Shown piece by piece: positions 50,026 to 62,113 of a stretch of 64,000 bases of DNA (position 1 is the first letter of the stretch; the number at the start of each line of letters is the position of its first letter). This DNA comes from Mustelus asterias (Eukaryota), in contig NC_135814.1 in assembly GCF_964213995.1 (NCBI RefSeq), forward strand, positions 14,508,001 to 14,572,000, in the 5' to 3' direction. The notes beneath the pieces were generated by a model. That model was given only the letters and a program-made list of their open reading frames with translations, was not told the DNA's origin and made no database searches. A program made the translations under genes and the position numbers.

Positions 50026-50315
50026 TCATCATAATCATCTATCCCCCTATCTGAAGATATAAATTAAAAGTAAAGGGATTCAGTGTTTTTAACTTTCGGG
50101 TTTGCTGCCTATGAGAATACTTTAAGATATTTGTCTGTAGCCTGTTTGCTGTCATTACTGCAGCAACATGTCTCCAGATCTTTGTAGGCAGCTTTCTTTG
50201 AGGTCAGCTGCAAACACTGTAACATTGCCGCTAACTGCAAAATCCAGGCCACCGTGTTATATTTGTGACTATTTGAGCACACAGGAAGATAAAAAAGAAA
50301 TCAAAATCAAATTAA

Positions 50316-50640
50316 GGGCAGCACAATGGCACAGTGGTTAGCACTGCTGCCTCACAGCGCTAGGGACCTGAGTTCAATTCCGGCCTCGGGTCACTGTCTG
50401 TTTGGAGTTTGCATGTTCTCCCTGTGTCTGTGTGGGTTTCCTCCGGATGCTCTGGTTTCCTCCCCAAGTCCAAAAATCTGCGGGTTAGGTTGATTAGCCA
50501 CGGTAAATTGCCCCTTAGTGTCAGGGGGATTAGGAGGGTAAATACGTGGGGTTACGGGAATAGGGTCTGGGTGGGATTGTGGCCGGTGCAGACTTGATGG
50601 GCCGAATGGCCTCCTTCTGCACGGTAGGGATTCTATGATT
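50316..50640 (+). mobile_element. HE1-type V-SINE (CR1 tail)
   Basis: Full-length copy. Confidence 0.9.
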
Positions 50641-50792
50641 CAAAGCTTGTTTTTTTGTTGTAAAAATAAATTTAAAGTAATGGTGAAGATAAAACATTGA
50701 GAAAAGTAGTTAAATTATAATCTACTAAGGCTTGGAACAGTTTCCCCACTGACGGAAAAAGGAAGGAAAGATTGTGACTGAAGAAAATGTCC

Positions 50793-51131
50793 CATAGAAT
50801 CATAGAAACCCTACAGTGCAGAAGGAGGCCATTCGGCCCATCGAGTCTGCACCGACCACAATCCCACCCAGGCCCTACCCCCACATATTTACCCACTAAT
50901 CCCTCTAACCTACGCATCCCAGGACTCTAAGGGGCAATTTTTAACCTGGCCAATCAACCTAACCCGCACATCTTTGGACTGTGGGAGGAAACCGGAGCAC
51001 CCGGAGGAAACCCACGCAGACACGAGGAGAATGTGCAAACTCCACACAGACAGTGACCCGAGCCGGGAATCGAACCTGGGACCCTGGAGCTGTGAAGCAG
51101 CAGTGCTAACCACTGTGCTACCGTGCCGCCC
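50793..51131 (-). mobile_element. HE1-type V-SINE (CR1 tail)
   Basis: Full-length, near-consensus reverse copy. Confidence 0.9.
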
Positions 51132-51222
51132 TAAGGCTTCTGGGGTGCCAGCCTAAGGCAGTATGGGAAATTGTGGGTGTACCATTTTAAATTTGCTGAC
51201 AATTAAAATTAACAGTCAACTA

Positions 51223-51550
51223 TGGGCGGCACAGCAGCACAGTGGTTAGAACTGCTGCCTCACAGTGCCAGGGACCTGAATTCAATTCCAGCCTCGGATC
51301 ACTCTCTGTGTGGAGTTTGCACATTCTTTCCGTGTCTGCATGGGTTTCCTCCGGGTGCTCTGGTTTCCTCCAACATCCAAAGATGTGCGGGTTAGGTTGA
51401 TTGGCCGTGTTAAATTGACCCTAGGGTCAGGGGAATAGCAGGGTAAATATGTGGAGTTATGGGAATAGGGCCTGGATGGGATTGTGGTCAGTGCAGGCTT
51501 GATGGGCCAAATGGCCTCCTTCTGCACTGTAGGGATTCTATGATTCTATG
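51223..51550 (+). mobile_element. HE1-type V-SINE (CR1 tail)
   Basis: Full-length copy. Confidence 0.9.
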
Positions 51551-51700
51551 GGCTGTGTAACTCTGAATAGCTACTTGTGAATGTGTTTTTTTTGTTGGGA
51601 ATGGAGAGATCAACCTTAAAGTGGAGGAATTGATGACAAATAAGTTGTCACGGTCATACCTTTTGCTTTGTCTTCCGTGTGAGTGGTTGGTTCCTTCTCT

Positions 51701-52036
51701 AACATGAAAGTTTTGGCTAAGATCAAGTGTAGTATGGATCACCTGCACTTGGTTGAGATCATTAGGTTATGCTGAGGCTTCATATGTTTCATATGAAGCA
51801 ATTTTTAAAAGCGGCATCTCGGCCTTTTGGCTAAGATGCAAATGAGCTCAAGTCTTGGAGGAGGATCCTCCCCCTTCTCCAATCAGCTTGACTCATGTAG
51901 ATCAGGCCCAGGACAGGGTGGTTTTGGTCTCCCGTCCTGTCTTGTCAGCCTGGATCTGAAATGTCTCAACTTGTTGAGACTCTGAATTGGATTTGAGTTG
52001 ATTGAATTGGAAAAGTATAAAAAAAACATGAAAGTT
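51701..52036 (+). mobile_element. Short retroposed element with two U2 snRNA-derived segments (candidate U2-headed SINE), including 12 bp TSD
   Basis: TSD AACATGAAAGTT at 51701-51712 and 52025-52036. TTTTGGCTAAGATCAAGTGTAGTAT (51711-51735) equals U2 nt 15-39, and TCTCGGCCTTTTGGCTAAGAT (51817-51837) equals U2 nt 7-27. A-rich 3' end. Confidence 0.8.
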
Positions 52037-52154
52037 AGCACCAAGATGCTCACTCTGCCCATATTCAAATTCTTCCAGGGGTTACAATTTCCACAATCAA
52101 ATTGCATGACCATGTAACTAATTACACATGATTTACAGCCAATGACTAAAAGAA

Positions 52155-52578
52155 GTTTAAAGATTTAAAGTTTATTTATTAGTGTCACAAGTAGGCTTTC
52201 ATAAACACTGCAATGAAGTTACTGTGAAAATCCCCAAGTCACCACACTCTGGCTCCTGTTCAGGAACACTGAGGGAGAATTTAGCACGGCCAATGCACCT
52301 AACCAGTACGGCCAGAATTCTCCCAACCCTCCCGCTGCTGGAATTCTAGCGGGCGGGTTGCGGAGAATGTGAAATGCCATCGACAGTCGGGCCGAATTTT
52401 CGGCTTTTAGACCAGCGCGGCCAGAGAATTCTGCCCTACATCTTTCAGACTGTGGGATGAAACCGGAGCACCCGGAGGAAACCCACGCAGACACGGGAAG
52501 AACGTGCAAACTCCACACAGACAGTCACCCAAGCCGGGAATCGTACCTGGGTCCCTGGTGCTGTGGCACCGTACCACC
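52155..52578 (-). mobile_element. V-SINE, alternative tail subfamily, interrupted by a MITE
   Basis: Reverse copy split at 52310-52436. Confidence 0.85.
52310..52436. mobile_element. 127 bp MITE inserted in a V-SINE
   Basis: GGCCAGAATTCTC...GAGAATTCTGCCC, TSD TAC. The host SINE sequence is contiguous when the MITE is removed. Confidence 0.85.
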
Positions 52579-53242
52579 CCAGGTGTTTTTAACTGATGTA
52601 CTGATGGCAATTTAATTGACAGCACATGACACTCAGGCCCCTGGCAGGTACAATCACTGAGTAACAGCTTTGCGCATGTAAGCACTTTGGGAAATATACT
52701 ATGAGAGAGATTGTTAATTTCACTCATGTCCCATCATAGTAAGATCAAGCAGCTTACAGAATCATTCCCTCATTCTTATATAAAAAAAAGGTTGCCTTAT
52801 TCAAACTATTTGCAATTCTTACAACATTTGACAGATTTGCTAAAGATGAATTATTGTGTGCAATCAGTGGCCTTTTGGGAAGAAAATCTGCCGTCCTTAC
52901 CCTATCTGACTCCAATTCCACATCAATGGGGTTTATTATTAACTGCCCCTTGAAGTAGCCTAGCCAGACACTCATTGTATTACCATCTTCACAGGGTACC
53001 AATGGCCAAAATTATTGCTGACCTTATCAGCAAAACCCACTTCACGAGAATTAGTAAAATGAATCACGCTAGCACGATAATGTCACTAGACAAAATAACT
53101 AGGTTCAACGTTTGCATTATATTTTTCCATTTCTTTTCATTGTTGTCAATGCTGTTATACTTTCGGAATTCTTTTTTGCTCTTTGCAGTGAGATTCAGGA
53201 CCAGGAAGTAGGAAATTTTATCCACTTCTTGGCATCCGGTAA

Positions 53243-53482
53243 CAACAAAGAAAAGAACAAAGAACAAAGAAAAGTACAGCACAGGAACAGGCCCTATGGT
53301 CATCCAAGGCCGTGCCGATCATGATGTCCGAACTGAGCTGAAAAAAATACCTTCTGTCCTTACTCGGACCTTATCCCTTTATTCCCTCCCTACTCATGTA
53401 CCCATCCAGATGCCCCTTGAATGTTGCTAATGTGCGTGCTTCCATCACCTCCTCTGGCAGTGCGTTCCAGGCACCCATCGCT
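53243..53482 (-). mobile_element. CR1 LINE 3' end
   Basis: Reverse (TTCTTTG)n tail and GAWNAL-type sequence. Confidence 0.75.
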
Positions 53483-53960
53483 TCAATGCACAATGCACTT
53501 CAGATGCAGGATAGGGCTCTTGTCACCATCTAAATAATTATTCCTGAAGAGCAATTATCCCTGCAGCTGCGGCAGTGTGATATTTCCACTTCCACTTCAA
53601 ATCTACACGAAGGCCCATTGTGCACTGCAGACTCAAACTGACTATTGACATGGGTAGATGAACGGCCCATAATTCAATATCCTTTGAGAGGCTTAGAGCT
53701 GTTGAGGTTGAGGAGCTGTTTCTATCCAGGTTTGCGAGATTCACCCTCACCTCCCACAAATGGAAGTGCAGTGTACACCACCTGGAGTCAAAGTTGAAAT
53801 TTTAAAAGCTAAAGGTGACTAGGATTCATGAGGCAATTCTTATTTCACTTTAAACCTGCATTAGGAAATCCGAAGTATATATTTTTTGCAAATAGCTATG
53901 ATCTAAAAGTCTGATCAAAGTGTGAAGCAAAAGACTATTCTGGGGACCAGGGAACCAGAA

Positions 53961-54282
53961 ATCGTAGAATCCCTACAGTGCAGAAGGAGGCCATTTGACC
54001 CATCAAGTCTGCATTGACTCTTTAACAGAGCATCTTATCCAGGCCTTATCCGCATAACCTCATATATTTACCCCACTAATTCCCCTACCCTATACATCTT
54101 GGGACACTAAGGGACAATTGAGCATGGCCAATCAACCTAACCGGCAATCTTTTGGATTGTGGGAGAAAACCAGAGCATCCGGAGGAAATCCACGTGATCA
54201 GGGGGAGAACATGCAAACTCCACACAGACAATCACCCCAGGCCGGAATTGAACCCAAGTCCCTGCTGACCACTGTGCCACCC
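53961..54282 (-). mobile_element. HE1-type V-SINE (CR1 tail)
   Basis: Reverse copy. Confidence 0.85.
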
Positions 54283-54765
54283 TGTCAGATCAGGAAATTG
54301 TGGAAATGCACAACTTGCCACTCAGGAACTGGAAGAACAAGAAAGGTCATTAAGGAGTGATTTAGAGATCCTACTCTCGCGGTGAGTTGAAGAATTGATG
54401 CTACAATGTGGTAGCGCTGTCTCTCATCATTCTCCCTGTGAGCACAGCTTCCTACTGGCAATACGATTGTAACCCTGATCTTATAGTCCAAGAATCGTGA
54501 AGAGTCATATTTCCCTCCCAACCTCTACCCAAGAACATGATTCTGTCTTTCTCCTTCAGAAGTTGATTGTCATGTCTTCCATTTCATACCTATGTCTTAA
54601 CAACTCCCATAAAACTGATCTTTGCCTTGCAAAGAAAGATTAGAACAAGGAATAAAGCTCTTCAGGGGGCGGGAGAAAATGCTTTGCCTGTTTCATGGTT
54701 TTTGACTCCCTTATATGTTCTGATTTATTGACTTTTTAAAGCAACAATGATGTAAAGCAGCTCAC

Positions 54766-54885
54766 CTGTCATGTTGCAGTACACAAGGAGTGCTCCCACT
54801 GGACCACTGCCATCTGGATCAATGGAGAAGAAACCTGATGTATTCCCTTTGTGTTTGTAAGCTTCACATGACTGTTCATGCACGG
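54766..54885 (-). CDS. Contactin-associated protein-like (CNTNAP4/CNTNAP5 clade) internal exon, start of fibrinogen-like domain (equivalent to exon 12)
   Basis: 120 bp phase 1-1 exon, TGCAG acceptor, GTGAG donor. Translates (S)VHEQSCEAYKHKGNTSGFFSIDPDGSGPVGALLVYCNMT(E), with the IDxDGSGP...VYCNM fibrinogen-like signature of Caspr proteins. Confidence 0.94.
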
Positions 54886-55555
54886 CTGCAATAAGGCAGA
54901 CAAGATAAAAAGGGCTCTTTCAGTCTAAGCATTTGACAATGTAATAAAACCAGGATGTTACAAACATTCTGTCACACATCGAGAGCAAACGCTAGGGCAA
55001 AATACCATGAAAACTGGAAATCTGAAATGAAAGAAGAGATGGATCAGATCGCATCTGTGCAGTGATAAACAAAGTTAATGGGCAGAGCTTGTCCATGGAC
55101 ATTGGGGCCTTGATGCCAGGACCAAATGGGGGCCCCAAGTCCACATTTACTGGGCGCCAAGCTGGGCAAAGCTAATTCCTGAGGTGACCTCCAAATTCCC
55201 CATCTCCATGTTTGTCACCCTATTAAGGATGGTTAGTGGGCTCCTGAAGCTGCCAATCTAATCAAAAAGTGGCAGCCCTACAACCTGGGCTGCCCCACCA
55301 AGGGAAGTGGGCACTGCCATAGTGGGGGCCTCTTCTGCCATACCACCCCGCTTTTGGGAGATGGAATCTCTGGCACTGAAGACTCCACTCCCACCCTCCC
55401 CCACCATTTGATCCCCATAACACCCCCCACCACCCCACCCCCCCCCCCCCCCCCCCACATCGATCCCCGCACCCCCCCTCCCTCCAAGCCTGCATGAAAG
55501 CCACTTCAATGGGAAATGCCAGTCAGCCTGAAAACTCACCCTGATTGGAGCTTTA

Positions 55556-55690
55556 GGATGGAATTCTCTGATGTCTTACACCCATCCCACTGTCAATGAG
55601 AACAGAGAATCTGGAACTCAGCCAAATCTCCATTCACAGCAGCGGGACTGGAGAATCCCAGCCACGGGCGAGGGTCGGAGAATCCGGTTC
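55556..55690. mobile_element. About 135 bp MITE
   Basis: Homologous to 34598-34733 (CAGCCAAATCTC...GCGGGA). Imperfect TIR and TSD. Confidence 0.5.
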
Positions 55691-56165
55691 TAAGTTACTG
55701 AAAATGGCGGCCCACCTCTAATTAGTGGGCAGCTGAGCTAGATACTGCCTGCCTCTGGAGAACTCTCTCGATGGAGTGGGGGGAATGTATTGGGGAGTCA
55801 CGGCTACTTTCTCAGCATCCCACCTTCAAGCCTGCCATCCTGGGGTTGGAAAATTTCATGCCAACATTTCAAATATGTTTGTTCTACGAGCAAAATGCTC
55901 CATAACATTAATCAAACCTTAATTTCAAAAGATAAATGATATTTGGAAGAAGAGAACAAAAACAGACCTCTAGGAGGTGATTTAATAAGTGTTTTATTAA
56001 TTATGAAGACTCTTGATAGAGTTAATGGGGAAAGATTATTTCAGGTTTAGAAGGCATTGGTGAGGAGTTGTCAGTTGAAAATGATTCACAAGTAAGTAAG
56101 GAAAGAATAGAGGATCAATTGATTTATGCAGAGCATGGAATTAAGGGGCTGAGATGGAGACCATT

Positions 56166-56598
56166 TTACTCATTGGAATTCAGAAAAATGAGGGGAGATC
56201 TTATAGATACATATAAGATTCTGAAGGGAATAGATAAGATAGAAGCAGGGAGGTTGTTTCCACTGGCAGATGAAACTAGAACTAGGGGGCATGGCCTCAA
56301 AATAAGGGGGAGCAGGTTTAGGACTGAGTTGAGGAGGAACTTCTTCACCTAAAGGGTTGTGAATCTGTGGAATTCCCTGCCCAGTGAAGCAGTTGAGGCG
56401 ACCTATTGAATGTTTTTAAGGTAAAGATATATAGATTTGTGGACAGTAAAGGAATTAAGGGTTGTGGTGAGCAGGCGGGTAAGTGGAACTAAGTCCACGA
56501 AAAGATCAGCCATGATCTTATTGAATGGCGGAGCAGGCTCGAGGGGCCAGGTGGCCTACTCCTGCTCCTAGTTCTTCTATTCTTATGTTCCTATTCTT
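56166..56598 (+). mobile_element. CR1 LINE 3' fragment
   Basis: YSLEFRKMRGDLIDTYKIL...RGHGLKIRGSRFRTELRRNFFT plus a CR1 tail. Confidence 0.9.
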
Positions 56599-57342
56599 AG
56601 ATTAAGTGGATGAAACAGAGAAAGGTATCAGTGGTGGGCAGAGTCGCAGAATTAGCTTTGGCTTGTCCTAGCAAAGTGCCAGCAAGGGCAGAATGGACCA
56701 AATGGCCTTCTGTGTCAGAAACTTTGGCGCATCGATGAACCTATCTTTTAATCTTGAAAATGAGCTTGAAGTTGTCAAGCAAAGAATGAAGATTCAAAGT
56801 TTATACAGAGTTGGAATTGTTTGTTTGGAAGATTATAGCATCATGAATGTGGGTGACTCGTAACTGCCCCCCTCAAGGGAAATTAGGAATGGCAATAAAT
56901 ACAGGCTCAGGCCATGACATCCACGTTCCATGAACAAATAAAGGAAAATTAATGAAACAAATTCTCCTCAGGAAGGTGACCTAGGGAATACGGTAGACAA
57001 GATAGAATGGCAAGGGCAACTCTTTCAATAGATTAAGAGTTGGGGAAATGTGGTGATTGTCCCTTTATGGATCAATTTGCAGGGCAAGGGTTACATGACC
57101 CAGAAACCAATTGGAGAGCAGAATGGGAGATCACCTGGTAAGTGCGGGCTTCTGTACTCAGAGTTATCTCAGGAGCTGATCGCAGCCACGAGGCTGCAAG
57201 CCTTTGTATAGTTTTAACTTGTAAATAAACAAGTTGTGTTTTCCCAAAACTGATGAATGAGCACCTTTACAAGAAAGTTGTCTGGTGGGGAAGGGGATGG
57301 GTGGTGATTAAGGAGCAATTAGAGATGGGGGGACATGAAGGG

Positions 57343-57650
57343 TGTGGTGAACCATAGATGGTTACCACTATGGGTACTGAACCATAGATGGTCAGCACTA
57401 TGGGTACTTGTAGATATGTTACTGTTGTCACTGTTGGGGTTAGGGTTGGGGGTGTTCTACCTGTTGATATTGTTCTGTGGTACACTCCAGTTGGCTCCGC
57501 CTACCTGGAGGAGTATAAAGGTCACTGCACTGCCTGGTGACCCTTTAGTCTGGGATTGTATTGTATATAGTATGCTCCATTCTTGTTAGTAATAAAAGCC
57601 TTTATTTCCCGGGTACGATCCAGCCTCCCGAGTGATTTAATCGCGTATCA
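57343..57650 (+). mobile_element. Solo LTR
   Basis: TG...CA ends, 5 bp TSD AAGGG (57338-57342, 57651-57655), TATAAA near 57515, AATAAA at 57591, internal ~30 bp tandem duplication. Confidence 0.8.
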
Positions 57651-57868
57651 AAGGGAAAGTGTTTTTTTTGTTCTTGGGCCACCTCCATTCTGATTCCACA
57701 AAGCTACTGGCGGAGATAGTAACAGGTAGTCTATGACCATGGAAATGCCTTCACGCACAAAAAAATAGAATAACCATAAGTAGCCTCGGTGAAACATGGT
57801 AAATGAATTAACCTATGGCAGGATTAGAAAGCACAATGATCAGCCTCAAGAAAAACATGAGACGTCAG

Positions 57869-58351
57869 ATCATAGAATCCCTCCAGTGCAGAAGGAGGCC
57901 ATTTGGCCCATCAACACTGACAACAATCCCACTCAGGCCCTATCCCATAACCTCAAGTAGCACTGCAGCCTCACAGCACCAGAGATTCCCAGCTTGGGTC
58001 ACTGTCTGGATTGCCCATGCTAAATCCTCCCTTGGTGTACCCAAACAGGTGCCGGAGTGTGATGACTAGGGGATTTTCACAGTAACTTTATTGCAGTGTT
58101 AATGTACGTCTACTTGTGACACTAATAAAATTAAATTTATTTACCCTGCTCGTGCCCCTGACACTAAGGGGTAAATTAGCACGGCCAATCAACCTAACCT
58201 GCGCATCTTTGGATAGTGGGAGGAAACTGGAGCAGCCTGAGGAAACCCACGCAGACACGGGGAGAATTTGCAGACTCCACACAGTCACCCAAGGCCGGAA
58301 TTGAACGCAGGTCCCTGGTGCTGTGAGGCAGCAATACTAACCACCACGCCA
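57869..58351. mobile_element. Reverse HE1-type V-SINE with a deleted forward alternative-tail V-SINE inserted (about 57957-58133)
   Basis: Reverse tail, forward alternative-tail piece, reverse head and V-domain. Confidence 0.75.
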
Positions 58352-58911
58352 CCATTCCACCCATGGTGGGGGCAGGATTTTTTCTTATTGATGAACTCCC
58401 TCACAAAGAGAGTAGATCATGATCTGGTTGGGAACTGAATTGGTGACTTTTGGCATCGCTGTAGAAAAAGACTGGAAAATATCCACAATAATTTTTTTAT
58501 GTATGTGGAGAAAGGGAGGAATGAGAGTCCTTTCTGTAGAGAGATGTCGGCCAATGCTCAATAATGGAAATGTGGAGATGGATGAATATTCGTGGAGGTT
58601 TATTTGGTTTCCTTCAGCAACCAGCGAATATTTAAACAGAGCTTTCCCTCAGCAGATTTAATAAGTCATGAAAAGTTCATGCTCAAGTTAATTTTAGACT
58701 TGACAAGATAAGTAGTTCCATCTAACTCACATCTTCCTACTCTAGTAGAAAGTTACACATTGATGTGTTGAACATTATTACAACCACACGTTCATAGAAG
58801 TGAATAAATAATTTAAAATATGGAATAATTTTAAACTCAGTACAAATAAAGTGGCTACCAGAGTAAGATGTCTTAACTTGGCAGTACTTTCCTTTAAAAA
58901 TTCATTGTTTA

Positions 58912-59070
<159 letters not shown>

Positions 59071-59127
59071 CTAAATAAATGTGCCTCAACAACGCCAACT
59101 TTCCTTCAAATAGTTCCTTTAACATAG

Positions 59128-59525
59128 TTTTCACCGGAAAGACGGAGGCTGAGGAGAGACCTGATAGAGGTCTACAAAATTATGAGACGCATAGACAGGG
59201 TGGATAGTCAGAGGCTTTTTCCCCAGGGTGGAAGTGTCAATTACAAGGGGGCACAGGTTCAAGGTGAGAGGGGGAAAGTTCAAGGGAGATGCGCAGGGGA
59301 CGATTTTCATTCAGAGAGTGGTGAGTGCCTGGAACATGCTGCCAGAGGAGTTGGTGGGAGCAGGCACATTTAAGAGGCATCTGGATGTGTACATGAATAG
59401 GGAAGGAATAGAAGGATATGGGCTGAGTAAGGATTTTTTTTTCAGTTTAGTTCGGGCACCATGATCGGCTTGGGCTTGGAGGGCTGAGGGGCCGGTTCCT
59501 GTGCTGTACTTTTCTTTGTTCTTTG
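59128..59525 (+). mobile_element. CR1 LINE 3' fragment
   Basis: RRRLRRDLIEVYKIM, RGHRFKVRG, QRVVSAWNML and tail. Confidence 0.85.
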
Positions 59526-60226
59526 CTCTAAATGCCCCAAGGCACCTCACAGGAGCATCATCAGCGAGAAGTTTGAAACCTAAGGAGGTATTTGGAGAGA
59601 TGACCAAAATCTTGGACAAGTAGGTAGATTTAAAGGAGCCCTTCAAAGGAGGAGAGAGATGGAGAAGTGTGGAGAGGTCGAGAGAGAAAAGTCGAGAGCT
59701 TCACTGCAGAGTTGGCTGCTAAGGACATGGCCACCCATGGTGCAGACAACTCAATCAAACCTGATTGGAATTCATGTATGGTAACAGAAGTTGTTACTGA
59801 GACTGCTTCCAGATCAAGTTGAAGGATGGGTCAGTTTTGAATTGCAGTGGGACTGGAGAATGGGCAGTGGGTGCATCAACAGGAGCAGCAAAGGGGTCAA
59901 ATCATCGTAGCACAGGAACTTCACTGGCACGTAACTGTGTGCAAATACTAAACAGCCTGAGAGTCAGAGCGGGCAAGAAACTGCACATTTCCTTTCCTGA
60001 GGAGACATACCTGGAGGGGAGGTGGTGAGGTCGGGGAGGACAGAGGGTGCAATCATGGAACAGGAATCAGCAACAGACCAGAATATTCTTGTGGGGCCAA
60101 GAGGAACACGCTAGCTCATCCTGGCCCCAATAAAAAATGAAAGCAAAACAAAAGCATTGGCCAGACGTGAAGTTGCCTGCAACAATCCCTTTAAGTAATA
60201 TTGGTTTGAGCCAACTGGGACACTAT

Positions 60227-60353
60227 TGGCGGGATTTTCCAGCCATGCTCGCCCGAAAACTGGAAAATCCCACCTGAGGTCAACGGACCTTTGTGTGGTC
60301 TGCCTCCTGACCTGGTACGATTCCCGTGGCTGGGGGATGGGAAAGCTCTCCCC
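60227..60353. mobile_element. 127 bp MITE
   Basis: Shares GGAAAATCCCACCTGAGGTCAACGGACCTTTG with 7269-7395, TSD TAT. Confidence 0.75.
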
Positions 60354-60489
60354 TATATCAATGTAAAATTCCTGTTTCTTACAACCATGAGTACTCAGTA
60401 CATTGTGAGTCTTCCTGCTGGGTTTCAAATCTCAACAACTTTCTGAATACAGTGAACAGCAGATGAGAACTAACTAGCCTGTGTAAGGG

Positions 60490-60880
60490 TCACCATCAGG
60501 AAAGCTATGGAGGTTTTCTTTTATTATTTCAAGCAATATTGGTGTCACACAGAAGGCCAGCATTTGATACTCATTCTTATTTGCCCCTTTACTGAATGGC
60601 TTGCTGGGCCACTTCAGAGAGCAGTTAAGCATAAACCACATTACTGTGGACCTTCAGTGAAATGTAGGCCAGACAGGGTAAGGATTGCAGATCTCCTTCC
60701 CTGAAGGACATGAGTGAACCACTTGCGTTTTTAACAATAACCAATGATAATTGTCAATGGCTTTATATTCCAGAAATTCTGCCATCTACCACAGCGTGAT
60801 GTAAATCCATTTCTCCTGAGCATTTGCCTAGATCTGTAGATTATTACTCCAGTGACATTACCACTATACTATCAACTACC
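60490..60880 (-). mobile_element. Second-family SINE, degenerate
   Basis: Reverse of the GGTTCACT...CCTTCAGGGAAGGAGATCTGC body. Confidence 0.6.
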
Positions 60881-61134
60881 CCAATAAAATCAAACTAAGC
60901 TTGCCAGCAGAGATCACTGGATACTGTTCTGGGTTGGGAACCATGGACACGTGGGGCGGAATTTTACCAGCCGTGACCTCCGCTTAGGCTAGACCAATGG
61001 TATTGAGAATATTTGTGACATCCAACTGCTAAGAAATTCAGCACAAACAGAGAAGTGAATTTGGGATCCTTCTAACCCATTTGATTCCAATTCCAAAGTC
61101 TTGAAAAATGAACTTATGTTAAAATGGTTCGGTT

Positions 61135-61311
61135 AAGTATGGTCAATCCATCTAACCTGCACATCTTTGGACTGTGGGAGGAAACCGGAAGAAACCCACG
61201 CAGACACGGGGAGAATGTGCAAACTGCACACAGACCACTAAGGCCGGAATTGAACCCAGGTCCCTGGCACTGTGAAGCAGCAATGCTAGCCACTGTGCCA
61301 CCATTCCGCCC
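61135..61311 (-). mobile_element. V-SINE 5' half
   Basis: Reverse head and V-domain. Confidence 0.8.
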
Positions 61312-62113
61312 CATTATTGGCTGGATAATTGGGTTTTCGGTTGGGATCCATTTCAATTGAAATTCAATTTACAGTCTGGAATTTTTATTTTTATTTATTT
61401 GTTCATGAGATGTGGTGTTAATGGCGAGGCCAGTATTTATTGCCCATAATTATTTGCTCTTGAGGAGGGTGAGTGAGCTGCCTTCTTGAACTTCTGCAGT
61501 CCACAAGATATACCCCCACAGTGCTGTTAGGAAGTGGGTACCAGGATTATGACCCAGAGACAGACAATGAAAATAGAGCAATACAGTTCCAAGCCAGGAT
61601 GGTGTGTGGCTTGGAGGGAAATTTGCAGCTGGAGATATTTCCACCCATCTGCTGCCCTTATCTTTCTAGGATGAAGAGGATATGGGTTTGAAAGGTGCTG
61701 TTGAAGGAGCCTTGGTGAGTTGATGCAAAACATCTCATAGATGGTCCACACTGTTGCCATTGTGCATCAGTGGTGGAGGGAGTGAATGTTTAAGATGGTT
61801 GTTGGGGTGTCAATCACAGTTTTGTCCTGGATGGTGTCAAACTTCTTGAGTGTTGTTGGAGCTGCACTCATCCCAGCGAATGGAGAACATTCCATCACAC
61901 TCTTGACTTGAGACTTGTAAATAGTGGACATGCTTTGGGGTGTCAGAAGGTAAAATATTTGCCACAGAATTCCTAGTTATTGACCTGCTCTTGTAGCCAC
62001 TGTATTTATATGGCTGGTCCAGTTCAGTTTCTGCTCAATGGTAATTCCCCTGATGTTGATAGTGGGGGATCCAGTCATTGGTAATGCCATTGAATGGCAA
62101 GGGGAGATGATTA

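Noticed and set aside
51711-51837. Functional U2 snRNA gene
   Set aside because: Only 25 and 21 nt of U2 are present. There is no U2 Sm-site/3' domain match, and the insert is flanked by a TSD.
55258-55539. Glycine-rich ORFs over a long C run
   Set aside because: Low-complexity tract inside a decayed repeat.
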